Shown: positions 1-15,277 of the stretch, piece after piece
Numbering within the stretch: the first letter of the stretch is position 1
Layout of the letters: each line of letters starts with the position of its first letter
Origin: Scenedesmus sp. PABB004
Lineage: Eukaryota
Direction: 5' to 3'
Length of the DNA stretch: 64,000 bases
Assembly (NCBI GenBank): GCA_014905635.1
Contig: JABVCE010000010.1
Location: forward strand, 1,178,001 to 1,242,000
Position numbers and translations under genes: made by a program
Notes under the pieces: model-generated
What the model was told of the DNA's origin: nothing
What the model saw: the letters and a program-made list of their open reading frames with translations, nothing else
Database searches by the model: none

Positions 1-140
1 GCGCCGCCGCGCGGCGCCGCGGCCGCGGCCCGCCGGCAGCCGCTCCAGCCCCCGCCCCGCTCCGTGGGCGGCGCGCCGGGTCGAATGCGGGGCGGCGGCG
101 CCGGCGGCGGCGCGGCGCGGCGCAGCAGCGGGCCGCTCAC

Positions 141-448
141 CCGCTCCTCCACGCCGTAGCTGGACACCTCGGGCGCCTTGGTGGCGACCGAGCGCACCGC
201 CACGGCGGGGCGCAGGTTCCGGGTCACCGGCGCGGCGAACCGGCGCATCTGCGGGGCGCGGGAGGCGGGCCATCAGCGCCGATTGATGCGAGCCCCGCCC
301 GGGCGCGCCGGCGGGGCATGCATGCCCCGCCGCCCGGCTGCGAGCTGGACGCAGTCGTGGAGGTCCTTCGCGCCGAGTGGCGCGCGCGCGCGAGGCGCAC
401 CTGCATCGGGGCCGCGCGCGCCACCGCGCCGCGCAGGGCAGCGGCCAT
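141..448 (-). CDS. 5' exons of a gene running off the left edge; probable organelle-targeted protein, product unknown
   Basis: ATG at 448 gives MAAALRGAVARAAPMQ, then a GTGCGC donor. A CAG acceptor precedes exon 248-141 (MRRFAAPVTRNLRPAVAVRSVATKAPEVSSYGVEER), followed by a GTGAGC donor. Ala/Arg-rich, transit-peptide-like. Confidence 0.6.
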
Positions 449-781
449 GGTGAGGAGTGCGTGCGCGTGATGGAGAGGGGAGGACGCGCGAAAGGTGGCG
501 CGCGGGCGCGGGGCAGCGCGGAGGTGGGCGGGAGAGCAGCAGCGCGGCAGTCGCAGTGACAGTTGAGCCCCCGCGAGCGCTCATTGCCCGGCGCCGGCCG
601 ACGCACGAGCAATTGGCGCCCTGTCCTGCTCACAGCGCAGCTGCACATCCTGCAAAGCGCGCTGAGAGCGCAGCCCGCGCGCAGCCCCACGCCTGGCGAC
701 CCGCCCGCGCTGCGCGCCGCACGTTCCGAGCCGGCAGAGATCAGCCGGCGCGCCTTGCGAGCCGCGCCGCCGGGCAGCAGC

Positions 782-2394
782 ATGACGAGCTCGCAGCCAC
801 AGGCGGGCGCGCCGCCCGTGCGCATAGGTGCGCGGCCGCAGGGCGCGACGGGCGCCCCGGGACGAGCGCGGGCGCACGCGACCGGCGCCGGCGGCGCCGG
901 CGCCGCGGGCGCAGCCGCGCGGCCGCCGCCGCTGCTCCGCCGCTGCTGCCCCGGCGCGCCGCATTCGTCGCTGGCGCCCCCGCTGCTGGCTGCGAGGGCA
1001 TGGCGAGCTGGCGCCGCCGGCGCGTCCCCGCTGACGCTGCGGCCGCGACACCCGCGCCGCCCGCCGCGCCGTGCGCCGCCAGGCGTGCTCGCGCTGCAGG
1101 GCTCCTTCCGCGAGCACATGGCGCTCCTGGGGCAGCTGCCCGGCGTCGCGGTCACCGAGGTGCGCACGCGGGAGGAGCTGTCGGGCGTGGCGGGGCTCAT
1201 CATCCCGGGCGGCGAGTCGACGACGATGGCGCACATCGCCGAGAGCTGGGGCCTCATCCCGGAGCTGCAGGCGTGCCGCGCTGCTGCGCGGCGCCGGCGG
1301 GCGTCTGCGCCGCGCGCGCGCGCTGCGAGCAGCGCGGCTGCGGCTCACGCCGTGCGCCGCGCGCCACCCCTGTTCTGGCAGGCGTTTGCCAGGGCGGGCA
1401 AGCCGGTGTGGGGCACGTGCGCAGGCATGATCTTCCTGGCTGAGCGCGCCGAGGGTGAGCGGCGCGGCGGCGGCGGCGGCCTCTCCCTGCGCGCCCGCGG
1501 GCAGCCGGCGCGCGGCCGCCCCGCCGCCGCGCGGCGCGGCGCGGGGCGAGCCGGCGCGAGCGGGCGCCGCCGCCGCGTCGTCGCCGCAGGCCAGAAGAAG
1601 GGCGGGCAGGCGCTGCTGGGCGGGCTGGACATCTGCGTGTCGCGCAACTTCTTCGGCGCGCAGGCGCGGCGCCCGCGCCCGCGCCCGCGCCCGCGCGGCG
1701 GCGCCCGCTCCCTGCGCCCCTGCGGGCGGCGGGCGCGACCGCCGCGCCTCGCCGCGCCTCGCCCGCAGGTGAACAGCTTTGAGACGCAGCTGCCGGCGCA
1801 CGCCGAGCTCACGCGCTTTGGCGGCGAGCCGACCTTCCGCGCCGTCTTCATCCGCGCGCCTGCGGTGATGGAGGCGGGGCCGCAGGTGCGGCGGCGGGGG
1901 CGCGGCCGCGCGCCGCGCCAGGCGCGCCGGCTGGTAGTGAGCCGGCGAGCGGGGCGCGCCGCGCGCGCCGCCCGCGGGTCTGACGGTCGCCGGCGCGCGC
2001 GGGCAGGTTGAGGTCCTCGCGCAGTATACGCTGCGGCCGGACGAGGCGGCGGCGCAGGGCGGGCGCGCCGCGGTCGCGGTCGCGGTGCGCCAGGGGCCGC
2101 TGCTGGCGACGGCGTTCCACCCAGAGCTCACGCGCGACACGCGCTGGTGCGATGCGAACGCCGCCGGGCGCCGCCGGGCGCCGCCGGGCGCAAGCAGCGC
2201 GCGTGCCGCAGGCCGCGCTGACGCGCGCTGCCGGCGCCGGCCGCAGGCACCAGCTGTTTGTGGACATCGTGCGGCAGAACACGGCCGCCGTCGCAGCGGC
2301 GGCGGCGGACGCGGACGCGGCGGCGTGCGTGAAGGGCACGCGGCCGGCCGACCTGCCGGTGTACGGCCAGGAGTTCATGTCCGTGGCGCAGTGA
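782..2394 (+). CDS. PDX2: Pyridoxal 5'-phosphate synthase glutaminase subunit (spliced)
   Basis: Exonic motifs GVLALQGSFREH, LIIPGGESTTM, PVWGTCAGMIFLA (catalytic Cys), VSRNFFGAQ, FRAVFIRAPAV, LLATAFHPELT (His-Glu); stop TGA 2392-2394. Confidence 0.95.
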
Positions 2395-2611
2395 GCGGCT
2401 TGGGCGCAGTGAGCGCCGGCCGCTTGGGCGGCGCGGCGCGCGGGCTGCGGTGCGGCGGCGGCGGAAACCTGGCGGTTCGGCGCGGCGCTCGCGACGTTCC
2501 GCCCGGCTGCCTCTCTGATCGTCCAGCCCCGCGCGTGAGATCCTCCCCGCAGCGCGCGCGCACGCCGTCCCACGACCCGCAGCGCCGGCGCTCGCCGCAA
2601 CGGCGCGCACG

Positions 2612-3453
2612 ATGCTGTTGGCGTCCCGCGCCGGCGGCGCCGCGCGCTGCTGGCTGCGGCCGGCGCTGCCCGTGACCTCAGCCCAGCAGCGTCAAGTTGA
2701 GGCAAGCGCAGGCGGCGCGGGGGTGGCGCAGGCGGCGGCAGCAGCGCAGCGACAGCTCGCGCGCGGCCCGTTTGGTGCAGCCGCAGCGCGTGCGGCGCTG
2801 CCCGGCCGCCCTCGTGCCCCTCCCGTCGGCTGCCACCCGCCGGGACGCTGCGCGCGCGCCAACCGCCGCAACCGCCACCCCGCGCGCAGCGGCGGCGCAG
2901 CAGCGGCGGCCCGGCGGCGGCGCGGCGCCCGCACGGCGCCGAGTTCACGCTGAGCGCGGAGGACAAGCTGGAGATCATGGAGCTCTGCGTGCGCTTCGAC
3001 GACGCGCTCAACGGCGGCCGGCAGGCCGACCTCGGCGCGCTCTTCGCGCCCGAGCCGCGGCTGACGGTCGACCCGCAGTCGCCCGCCGCGCCGCCGCGCA
3101 CGGTCACGGGCCTCGCGCCCGTGCTCGAGTACTTTGCCGCGCTCGCGCCGTTTGCGGCGGGCAAGCGCCACCTTACGACCAACGTCGTCGTCGCGCCCGA
3201 CGGCCTGCGCGCGGCACGCGTGCGCGCGTGCCGCCTGCTGCACGCCGCGGCGAGCCCGCCGGCGCTGCTCGCGAGCGGGGTGATCGAGGACCGCGTGGTG
3301 ATGGTGGACGGCGAGTGGCGCTTTGAGGCGCGGGCGTTCACCATGGTGCGGCGCGCGACGCCCGCGCGCCGGCACCCGCGCTGCCGCGGCCGCGCCCTGA
3401 CCTCCGCGCCGCACTGCGCCGCGCAGGACCCGCCGGCGGCCCCGCCCAAGTGA
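2612..3453 (+). CDS. SnoaL-like / NTF2-fold protein (spliced; 5' exons approximate)
   Basis: LSAEDKLEIMELCVRFDDALN...LGALF...KRHLTTNVVV...EDRVVMVDGEWRFEARAF follows the SnoaL_4-type pattern; short last exon DPPAAPPK*. Confidence 0.75.
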
Positions 3454-3652
3454 GCGGGGCGGCGGCAGCTCGGGTATTGCGTGCGGGGCAACGGGCGGGG
3501 CGCCCTCGCAGCTGCCAGCACTTGCACCGCAGCGGGCGCGAACCGCAATCTCGGGCGGGGCTCGCGTGTGATCCGCACGGGCGCAGCGCCGCACGCTGTT
3601 GAAAGATGCAGCGTCTCGGCTTGGATGCGATGCAACGAATCCAATCCGCGGC

Positions 3653-5034
3653 TCACATGTCGTCAAACCACGCGTCCGCCGCGTCCTGGTCCTGGACCGC
3701 CGCCCACGCGTCGTCCAGCGCCGCGTCGCCGTCGATGTCGCCGTACGCCACGTGCGCCGACTCGAGCCCCAGCAGGAAGCGGCTCTGCATCTCTTCCAAC
3801 AACTCCTGCCGCCGCGCCCTCATCGCCGCGGCGCTCATGTCGGGCGGCGGCGGCTCGGCGGGCGCGGCGGCCGCGCCGCGCGCCTGGCGCCGCGCCGCGC
3901 GCTGGCCGCCGCCCGCTTCCTGCATCGCCGTGTCGCCGCCCGGCTGCTGCTGCTCCTGCTGCTGCTCGTCGCCGCTGTCGCTCGCCTCGTGCTCCGACGC
4001 CTGGCACTCCTCCTCGTCCAGCTGCTGCTGCAGCCGCACGCGCAGCAGCGCCTCGTCGTGCGCCCTGCACGGCGGCGGCGTCGGCGGCGGCGCGTCGGCG
4101 TGGCGGCTCCGCGCCCCTCGTGCGTGCCCGCGGTCGCGCGCGCGCACCTGAGCAGGCTGCCGGCGAAGCCCTCGCCCGGCGTGGGCGGCCCGCTCGGCGG
4201 CGGCATGCCTTCGAATTGCCCGATGAGCTCGTGCCTGGGCCAGCCAGCGCGCGGGGCGAGGCGCGGGGCGGCGCGGGCCCTCGAGCGCGGCGCGGCGGCG
4301 CAGGGGCTGCGGGCGCAGGCGCGCCCAGCGGGCGGCCTCGAGCGCCCCTGCCTGCCGCGCACCAGATGAGGGGCTCGCGGCTGCGCATCGCGTCCTCGCT
4401 GAAGAACTCACCGCCGTCGACCAGGCGCTGCATGTAGGCGAGCCGCCGGTTTGCCACGGTCTTGCTGACCTGCGCGCGCGCGCACGCGCGGCGGCGGGTC
4501 GACCGGCCGCGCGGGCGGCGCGGATGGCGGCGCGGCCCACCGCGGCGGGGCGGGGCTGGCGGGGCCGGCGCCGCGGCGCGCCTTTTTGTTGCTCGTCGCG
4601 GGCGCCGGCGGCGGGCCGGGCTGCGTCGCGGCGCGCGCCGCCTTCACCCAGTACTCCACTGCGGCGGCGCGGCGCGGCGCGGCGCGGCGCGGCGCGCGGG
4701 CGGGTGGGCGCCGGGCGCGCCGGGCGAACGTGGCGGCGGCGCCCCGCGGCGCGCGCTGTGGACGGGCACCCTCGTAGCTGGCCGCCTGGAGGCCGCTGAA
4801 GCCGTCCAGCTCCTCGGCCGTCAGCTGGGGACCGTAGCGCTCGAGGAAGACAGCGGGGTCGCGCGCGAGCAGCGCCGCGAGGTGCGCGCGCACGTCGGCC
4901 GGCTCCGGCGGCCCCCCCGCGCCGCGCGCCATCGCCGCCGGCAGGTGCAGCTGCTCCGCCGGCGCGCCGGCCAGGCGGTCCACCAGCGGCTCCGCGAAGC
5001 CCGGCGGCAGCGCGCCGCCGGCGTCGCCGTTCAT
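3653..5034 (-). CDS. CCDC97 / DUF2052-family protein (spliced)
   Basis: LLARDPAVFLERYG, VANRRLAYMQRLVDGGEFFSEDAMRSREPL, MQSRFLLG...YGDIDGDAALDD...DAWFDD* are characteristic of CCDC97 homologues. Confidence 0.85.
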
Positions 5035-5509
5035 GCGTGGAGCGCGCAGCGGAGCAGCGCAGCTGTCGGCAGCAGCAGCCGTCCCGGCGGTCGAGCGGTG
5101 GCTGCGTTGGCCGTGCAGGGAGAGTGCCGTGAAGGGGGCAGGGCGTCCCGCGGGCCTGCTGTGGTGGCGGGGCTGCACGCCGCGGAGGCAGCAGCACGGC
5201 GGCGCAGGTCTCGTCGCTCGTCGCTCGTCGCGTGCGGCCGCGGGCCTTCCGATCGGCGCGCGCCGTCCCGCCCGCTACTTGCGACGACGCGAGCGACCAC
5301 AGCGCCGCGCTACGCCCGTCGCGCGCGAGCCCCTCGCTGCTCGGGCAGCACCGCTCGCCCGTCTCGGCCGCTGGCCGCCGCAGCCTAGCCCGCGCGTCCG
5401 CGAGAGAGCGCCACGGGACCTTACCGCTGCCGCAGCGGCGCGGCCGGCGTGTGACGCGGCCGCGGGCCGCGGGCCGCCCGCCGCCGCCGCTGCTCTCGCG
5501 CGCGCCGCG

Positions 5510-6231
5510 ATGGCGGCGCAGCTCTACTCCAACACGCAGCTGGCGCAGGCGCTGTACGAGGTGCTGCAGGAGATGGTCGCCGACGGCAAGGTGCCAGAGG
5601 ACCTCGCGGTCGCCACGCTCGACCAGGTGCGGCAGCGGCGCGCGGCGCGATCACCGCGCGCGCGCGCCGCCGCCGCCGCCGCCGACGCGCCACCCGCCAC
5701 CCGCCTGCCCCGCCGCCCGCAGCTGGACCAGGCGAGCGCCGCCGGCGGCGCCCCTGCGACCGCCGCGCCCCCGCCGCGCGGCCGCGCCCGCCCGCGCCCG
5801 CGCCCGCCCGCGCCCACCGCGCCGCACCGCGCCGCTGCCGCCGCCGCCGCCGCCGGGGGCGGCGCGCAGTCCATCCTCGCGGCGCTGCGCAAGGAGATCA
5901 CGGCCAAGAGCGAGGTCAAGGGCAACCTCGACACGTACAAGTACTACGACAACGTGCGCCGCGCGGGCAGCCGCCGCGCCGCCGCCGCGCCGCCGCCGCG
6001 ACGCCGCCCCTCCGCCCGCCGCGCCCGCCGCCCACGCGGCCGCCGCGCGCCCGCGCGCCGCGCGCCGCGCGCGCCCTGCAGGTGTGGCAGTTCACGCTGA
6101 GCGACGTCGCGTTCAAGCTCAACGCGAGCGGCACGGGGTCGCTCAAGAAGGCGCCCGAGGTGACGTGCGACCGCGCCAAGATCGTGTGCGTCGACATCAA
6201 GCTCGCGCCAGAGAAGGACAAGCCCGAGTAG
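5510..6231 (+). CDS. TFIIA-S: Transcription factor IIA small (gamma) subunit, 4 exons
   Basis: Spliced product MAAQLYSNTQLAQALYEVLQEMVADGKVPEDLAVATLDQ-LDQ-SILAALRKEITAKSEVKGNLDTYKYYDN-VWQFTLSDVAF...KIVCVD matches TFIIA-gamma motifs (LY.T.L, G.L.TY...DNVW.F, KIV..D). Confidence 0.93.
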
Positions 6232-6783
6232 CGGAGCGGAGGCACGCGCGCGCCCGAGCGAGGGGCGCGAGCGCCGAAGCAGCGAGCGCGTCGCGCCGCG
6301 ACGCGGCGGTGTGGGGCGCGCCGGCGGCGTCGCGGCGGTGTGGGGCGCGGCGGCGGCGGCTTTTGTTAGAAGCGAGTTGCCGACAGGGGCCGCCCAGGAG
6401 GCGGTCCAGCGGCACCGCGAGCTGCGTGCACCTGCAGAAGCTTGCCACGCGGCGTCGAGCGCAGCAGCAGCGGCTGCACCGGCAGCGGCAGCAGCGTGAG
6501 CAGCGCCCTGCCGCTCGCCCTGTCCCTGCGCATCGCCACAGAGAGCCCCAGCGCGCCAGCTCCGCCTGGGCGTCGGTGGCGGGCGGGCGGCAGCAGCGCC
6601 GTCGCCCCGCCGCGCCGCGCCCTCTCCCTGAGCCGGGGCCGCGTTCTGCGGGGTCTGAGGCAGCTGCCCCTGAGCCTCAGACGCTGCCGCAGCAGCCGGC
6701 GTGGCGGGACCGGCGGCGCTAGGCCAGGCGCCGCGCGCGCTGCTGCCGCGCCCGTCGCCAGCGATGCCGGCCCGGGTGCAGCG

Positions 6784-8120
6784 ATGAGCAGCCACCCGCC
6801 GCAGCTCCGGCTGAGCCCGGCGGCGCCACCACGACGCGGCGCGCTGGCGCGCGCGGGCGCCGGGGCAGCGCACGCGCGCCTGCCCCGGCGAGCCGGGCGG
6901 CGCTGCGGCTGCGGCTCGCGGAGGCGCCGCCGGGGTCGCCGCCGCCGGCGGGGCCAGGCCGGCCGCTGGTGCTGGGCTTGCGGCAGGTCCGGGGCGGCGC
7001 GGAGGGCCTGGCGGGCTGGCGCGTGCTGCACGAGGGCGGCGCGCTGGTCGGCACGGTGCGCCGCGTGCAGCGCATCGTCCCCGGCCCCGGCGCGCCGCCC
7101 TACCACCTGCTCCGCGTCACGGCGGCCGCGGTGCTCGAGCCGTACGGCTTTGCCGGCGAGCTGCGCCACGCGCTGCCGCTGGTGCGCGCCGCGGCCGCCG
7201 CGGCCCGCCGCGCCGCGCGCGCGCGCGCCGTGGCGCCGCCCGCCGCCGGCTCGCCGGCGGAGCGCCCGCCGCCCCGCCTGCGCGCAGGTCCCCGCAATCG
7301 TCACGACGCTGCACCTGCGCGAGCGGGCGCTCACGGTCTCGCCGCCGCCGGGTGCGGCACGGCCCGGGGGCAGCGCAGCGCGCACCGCCGCCCCGGACGC
7401 GCGCGCGACCGCCGGACCGCGCCGCCGCGCAGGCCTGCTGGAGCTGGGGCGCACGGAGCTGCTGCTATCTTTCCTCTCCCAAGCCCTGCTGCCGCACGCG
7501 ACGCCGCTGCCGCCGCCGCCCGGCGGGGGCGACGGCGCGCGGCCGCTCGTGGCGGCGCGGCGCATGCCGACGCGCCAGCAGCTGCTGGCCGCAGGGCGGT
7601 CGGACCTGGTGGGCCTGATACGGGACGTGGGCGGCTTCACGCAGGTGCGCACCTGTGCGGGGGCGCCCCGGCACCGCCCTCGCAGCCGGTCGGCGCTGCG
7701 GGGGGCGCCGCCCGCCGCCGCCGCGGCCGCTGCGGCGGCGGCGCTGCCTCAGCCCCGCCCGCCAAGCCGCCGCGGCCGCCGCCGCCGCCGCAGGCGGCGC
7801 TGCTGCTCGGCCTGCGCGCGGCGCGGCGCCCCGCCGGCTACTGGGAGGCGCCCGAGATGCTCGACGCTGAGCTGGACGCCTTCATTGCCGGCTCCTGGCT
7901 CGCGCTGCCGCTGCCGCCGGGCGACGGCCCGGCCGCGGACGGAGGCGAGGCGCAGCAGCAGACCTGGTACTTTTACAACCCCGCGACGCGGCGCGTGCGC
8001 TGGCGCCTGCCCACGGCGGCGCGCGCGCTGGCGCCGGGTGCGCCGACGGGCGCGCACGGCGGCCGGGAGGGCGGCGGCGACGAGGGCGAGGAGGGCGAGG
8101 CGGAGGAGGAGGGCGAGTGG

Positions 8121-8165
<45 letters not shown>

Positions 8166-9232
8166 GACGGCGGGGGCGCGCGGGACGCGCTGCTCGCGCT
8201 GGCGGGCGAGCGCGTGCTGCCGAGCGCCAACTGCCTCAAAGCAGGTGCGCCGTGTGAGCGCCACACGCCCCGCGCGTGCCGCGGTGCGCGGCCGAGCCTC
8301 CGCCGCCGCCGCACCGCGCAGCGGGGCGGTGGGACCTCCACACCGCGATTGTGCGAGCCGGTGGCTATCGCGCGGTCGCTGCAGCGCTGGTTCGCCGCCC
8401 TGCGTGGCCCGTGGCGCAGCCGCTGCGCGAGCCCGCCGCGCTCGCGGCCGCGCTGGCGGAGGCGCGCGGCGAGCGGGGCTGGCCGCGGGGCTCGATGCCG
8501 AGCGCGCGCCAGCTGGCAGAGGCGGCCAACGGTGACGAGATTCTCAAGGTGGGCCCTGCGCGAGCGACGGCTGGTGCCGGGTGACTGACCGACTGCGCGC
8601 GACGACCAGGCGCGGCAGCGCCGCGGCCTCGCCGGCGCTCAGCCCGCGCCCGCCGCCTGCAGGCGGTCCTGCACCACGGCGGCTTCGCCGCCACTGCGCG
8701 CCTGCTCGGCCTGCGCCCCCACCGTTCGCCGCGCGGCGCCGCGCCCAGCAGCTCGCTGGAGGCCACGGTTGCAGAGCTGGCCGCCTGGATGGCTCGCCAC
8801 CCGCCGCCGGGCCCGGGCGGAGCGCAAGCCGCTGCCGGGAGCGGCGGCAGCAGCCGGCTGGCGGGGGTGCGGTTGAGGCGGGAGCAGTTGCCGCGCCGCT
8901 GGACGCGGCTGCCGACGCAGGCGCAGTTGCTCGCGGCGGGCCGCCGCGACCTGGCGGCAGGGCTGCAGCGCCACGGTCACGAGGCCGTGCGCGCGCAGCT
9001 CGGCCTGCCAGCCGACGAGCGCAAGCCGCTGCAGAAGGGGGTGCTGACCTGGGAGGCGGTGGCTGCCGCTGTCGCGTCTGGCGCGCGCAGCACACGTGAC
9101 ATCCAGGCTGCCATCACCGGCGGGCAGCAGCGGCCGCTGGTGGCGCGCGAGCACCTGGCGCGGCGGCTCAGCGCGTGGTGTCAGGAGGGGCGGCTGGTGC
9201 GGCCGGCGCGCGGGCGCTACGAGCTGCCCTGA
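6784..9232 (+). CDS. Multi-exon protein with a RimM-like PRC-barrel region, several PTST2/3-like helical repeats and a poly-Asp tract (start uncertain)
   Basis: LAGWRVLHEGGALVGTV...HALPL/VPAIVTTLHLRERALTVSPPP/GLLEL resembles the RimM C-terminal barrel. Repeats: MPTRQQLLAAGRSDLVGLIRDVGGF, MPSARQLAEAANGDEILK..HGGFAATARLLGL, LPTQAQLLAAGRRDLAAGLQRHG. Stop at 9232. Confidence 0.6.
8121..8163 (+). repeat. (GAC)n trinucleotide tract encoding poly-Asp
   Basis: About 14 consecutive GAC units, in frame. Confidence 0.9.
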
Positions 9233-9344
9233 CCCTCTCAACCGGCTGCTGATGATGATTCGGCCGCGTAAAGCGGTTGCCAAGGCGCCGCCGCCGCCTC
9301 GCCCGCGCGCGCAGCAGCTCTGCGCGGAGCGCCCAGCAGCGGCG

Positions 9345-11105
9345 TCACGGCTGGCCGGCGCAGCCCCCGGGACCGCCCTGAGCGCGAGCGTCAGCGCCTG
9401 CATGCGGAAGCGGCGGCGCGGCCGCAGAGTCAGCGAGCTGGCGCGGCGCGCACAGCGCACGCAGCACAGCGCGGCGCGCGGCCGCAGCAGCGCCGCCGCC
9501 CACCGCCTCTTGTTGTTCCATGATCTGGCTGGCCTCCACCAGCTTGGCCAGCAGCAGCCGCTCGCCCGCCGACTGCGCGTGCGCCTGCAGCTCCGCGAGC
9601 CCGCCCAGCGCGCCGGCGCCGGGGCCCACGACGCGCTGCTTGCGCACGCGCAGCGCCTCCAGCCGGCTGCGCATCGCCGCGAGCGCGTCGGCCGCAGCCG
9701 CGGCGTCGGCGCCACAGCAGGCGGGCGCTGCCGCCGGCTGGCCGCCGGCGTTGAGCAGATCGGCGTGCTCCCGCTGCGGAGGCAGCGGGCGGGCGCGCTC
9801 GGCGCGAGGCTGCGGGAGCGAGCGCAGCGCGCCGGCGCCGCTGACCGGCGCCCGCCCGGCGCAGCGCCGCACACCTCCAGCTCCCGCAGCGCCTTGCGCA
9901 GCGCGGTGTTGTCGGCGGCCAGCTCGCGCCTGTCCTCCTCGTGCGCCTCGGCCGCGCGCTGCGTTGCGTGCGCGGCGCACCCCCCGGCGGGCGGCGGGCG
10001 GGTCAGCGAGGCGGCTCGGCGAGGCGCAGGGCCCGCTGTGGGGCCGGGCGGAGCCCGCCGAACGCCCCGGCGCTGCCTCCGGGCCCTGCCCTCCCCCGCC
10101 CAGGGCTACCTTGACCATCTCCTCGAGCTCTGCCTTGGTGGCACGCCGCGTGTCACCGAGGCCGCCGCCCAGGGGCGGCGTGCGCGCGCCGCCGCCGGAG
10201 CTCGCGCACCTGCGCGTGCAGCCGGGCGGCGTCGTGCGCCGGGCCGCCGCCGCCGCCGCCGCCGCCGGGCGCGCCTGCCCCGCCCCGCCCGCGCGCCCCG
10301 CGGGCCCACCTGCCGCCGCCGGACGTGCCGCGCGCGCCGGCCGCCGCGCACGCGCCGCTGCTGCGTCGCCCGCCGGCGGAGAGGCGCGCGGCGAGCTGCT
10401 TCTGCAGCCGCTCAAACTCCCCGTCCTTGCGGCGCAGCTCGTGCTGGAACTGGACGTGCCGCTGCTCGAGCTGCGCGGCGCGCCGCGCCAGCTGCTCGCG
10501 CTCGCCGCCCCAGCGCTCCGCCTCCTCGCGGTACCAGGCGTCCAGCTGGCGCAGCTGCGGGGGCGAGCGCGCGCGAGCGGCACGCGCGCGTACGCGTGAG
10601 GGCTGGTGGCGAGCGGCCGGCGCAGCGCGCGCGGCGGCGCCAAACCGCGCGCCTTGATCGCCAGACCGCCGGCCTCCTGCGCCTTTGCCTCGCTCTGCCC
10701 CTGCAGGCGCTGTATCGTCCGGTCCGCGATGCGCACGTCGAGCCGCAGGCGGCTGAGCTCCTCCGCGGTTTTTTCGCGCGCCGCCGCGCCGTCCTGGTGC
10801 GCGCGCACGAGCTCGTAGAGCGCGTTCAGCAGCGCCGCGGGCTCGCCGCCGCGCAGCTGCCACTGCGCGAGGCCCAGCTCCGCCAGCACCGGCTCCAGGT
10901 AGGCCGCGCAGCCGGCGACGCTGCCGGGCGTCGCAAAGGGCTCCGGCGCGGCGGCACGCGGCGACGCGTCGTCCTCCGGCGCGCCGTCGCCGCCGCCGTC
11001 GCGCGGCGAGCGCGGCAGCGAGCCGAGCGCCGCCTGCTGGCCGGGCGGCGTAAAGGGCGAGGCGCTGCCGGGCGCGCGGTCGGCGTAGAGCCCCGCCGAG
11101 GCCAT
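9345..11105 (-). CDS. Afadin/alpha-actinin-binding (ADIP / SSX2IP / Msd1-like) coiled-coil protein (spliced; 3' end uncertain)
   Basis: FATPGSVAGCAAYLEPVLAELG...LLNALYELVRAHQD...REKTAEELSRLRLD...QFQHELRRKDGEFERLQKQL follows the ADIP-family N-terminal pattern; ATG at 11105. Confidence 0.7.
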   Translation of the reverse strand: MASAGLYADRAPGSASPFTPPGQQAALGSLPRSPRDGGGDGAPEDDASPRAAAPEPFATPGSVAGCAAYLEPVLAELGLAQWQLRGGEPAALLNALYELVRAHQDGAAAREKTAEELSRLRLDVRIADRTIQRLQGQSEAKAQEAGGLAIKARGLAPPRALRRPLATSPHAYARVPLARARPRSCASWTPGTARRRSAGAASASSWRGAPRSSSSGTSSSSTSCAARTGSLSGCRSSSPRASPPAGDAAAARARRPARAARPAAAGGPAGRAGGAGQARPAAAAAAAARRTTPPGCTRRCASSGGGARTPPLGGGLGDTRRATKAELEEMVKVALGGGGQGPEAAPGRSAGSARPHSGPCASPSRLADPPAARRGVRRARNAARGRGARGGQARAGRRQHRAAQGAAGAGGVRRCAGRAPVSGAGALRSLPQPRAERARPLPPQREHADLLNAGGQPAAAPACCGADAAAAADALAAMRSRLEALRVRKQRVVGPGAGALGGLAELQAHAQSAGERLLLAKLVEASQIMEQQEAVGGGAAAAARRAVLRALCAPRQLADSAAAPPLPHAGADARAQGGPGGCAGQP

Positions 11106-11525
11106 CGCGGCGCGCGCCGAGCTGCTGCTGCTCCGCCGCGGCGCGCGGCGCCGCCGTCCCCCCGGCCCCGCGCGCGCCCGTGGATGCAAAGCCGCAGGGA
11201 TGGCCAGGCCCGCCGCCGCCCAGGGAGCCCCCCGCCCGCCTGCGGTGCGCGTGCAGGCCCCGCGCGTGTTCGGGAGGCGTCTGCCGCGCGCCTGGGCGCG
11301 GGCCGGGGGCGCGGGCGCGCGTGGGCGGTGGGGCGGCAGGGGCGGGCTCTGGGGCGGCGGGCGGCGCCCACCTGTCGCTACAATTCGCGCCTAAGCCGCG
11401 GAAAGCCCCGCGCGATGCCTGCGCGCGCCATAGCGCGCCGCCCCGCCCGCGCCCGGCCTTCCGGCCGGTTCGGTCGGCCCGCTGGTGCCGCTCCACGCGC
11501 CCGACCCCGCAGCAGACCTACCACC

Positions 11526-15277
<3,752 letters not shown>

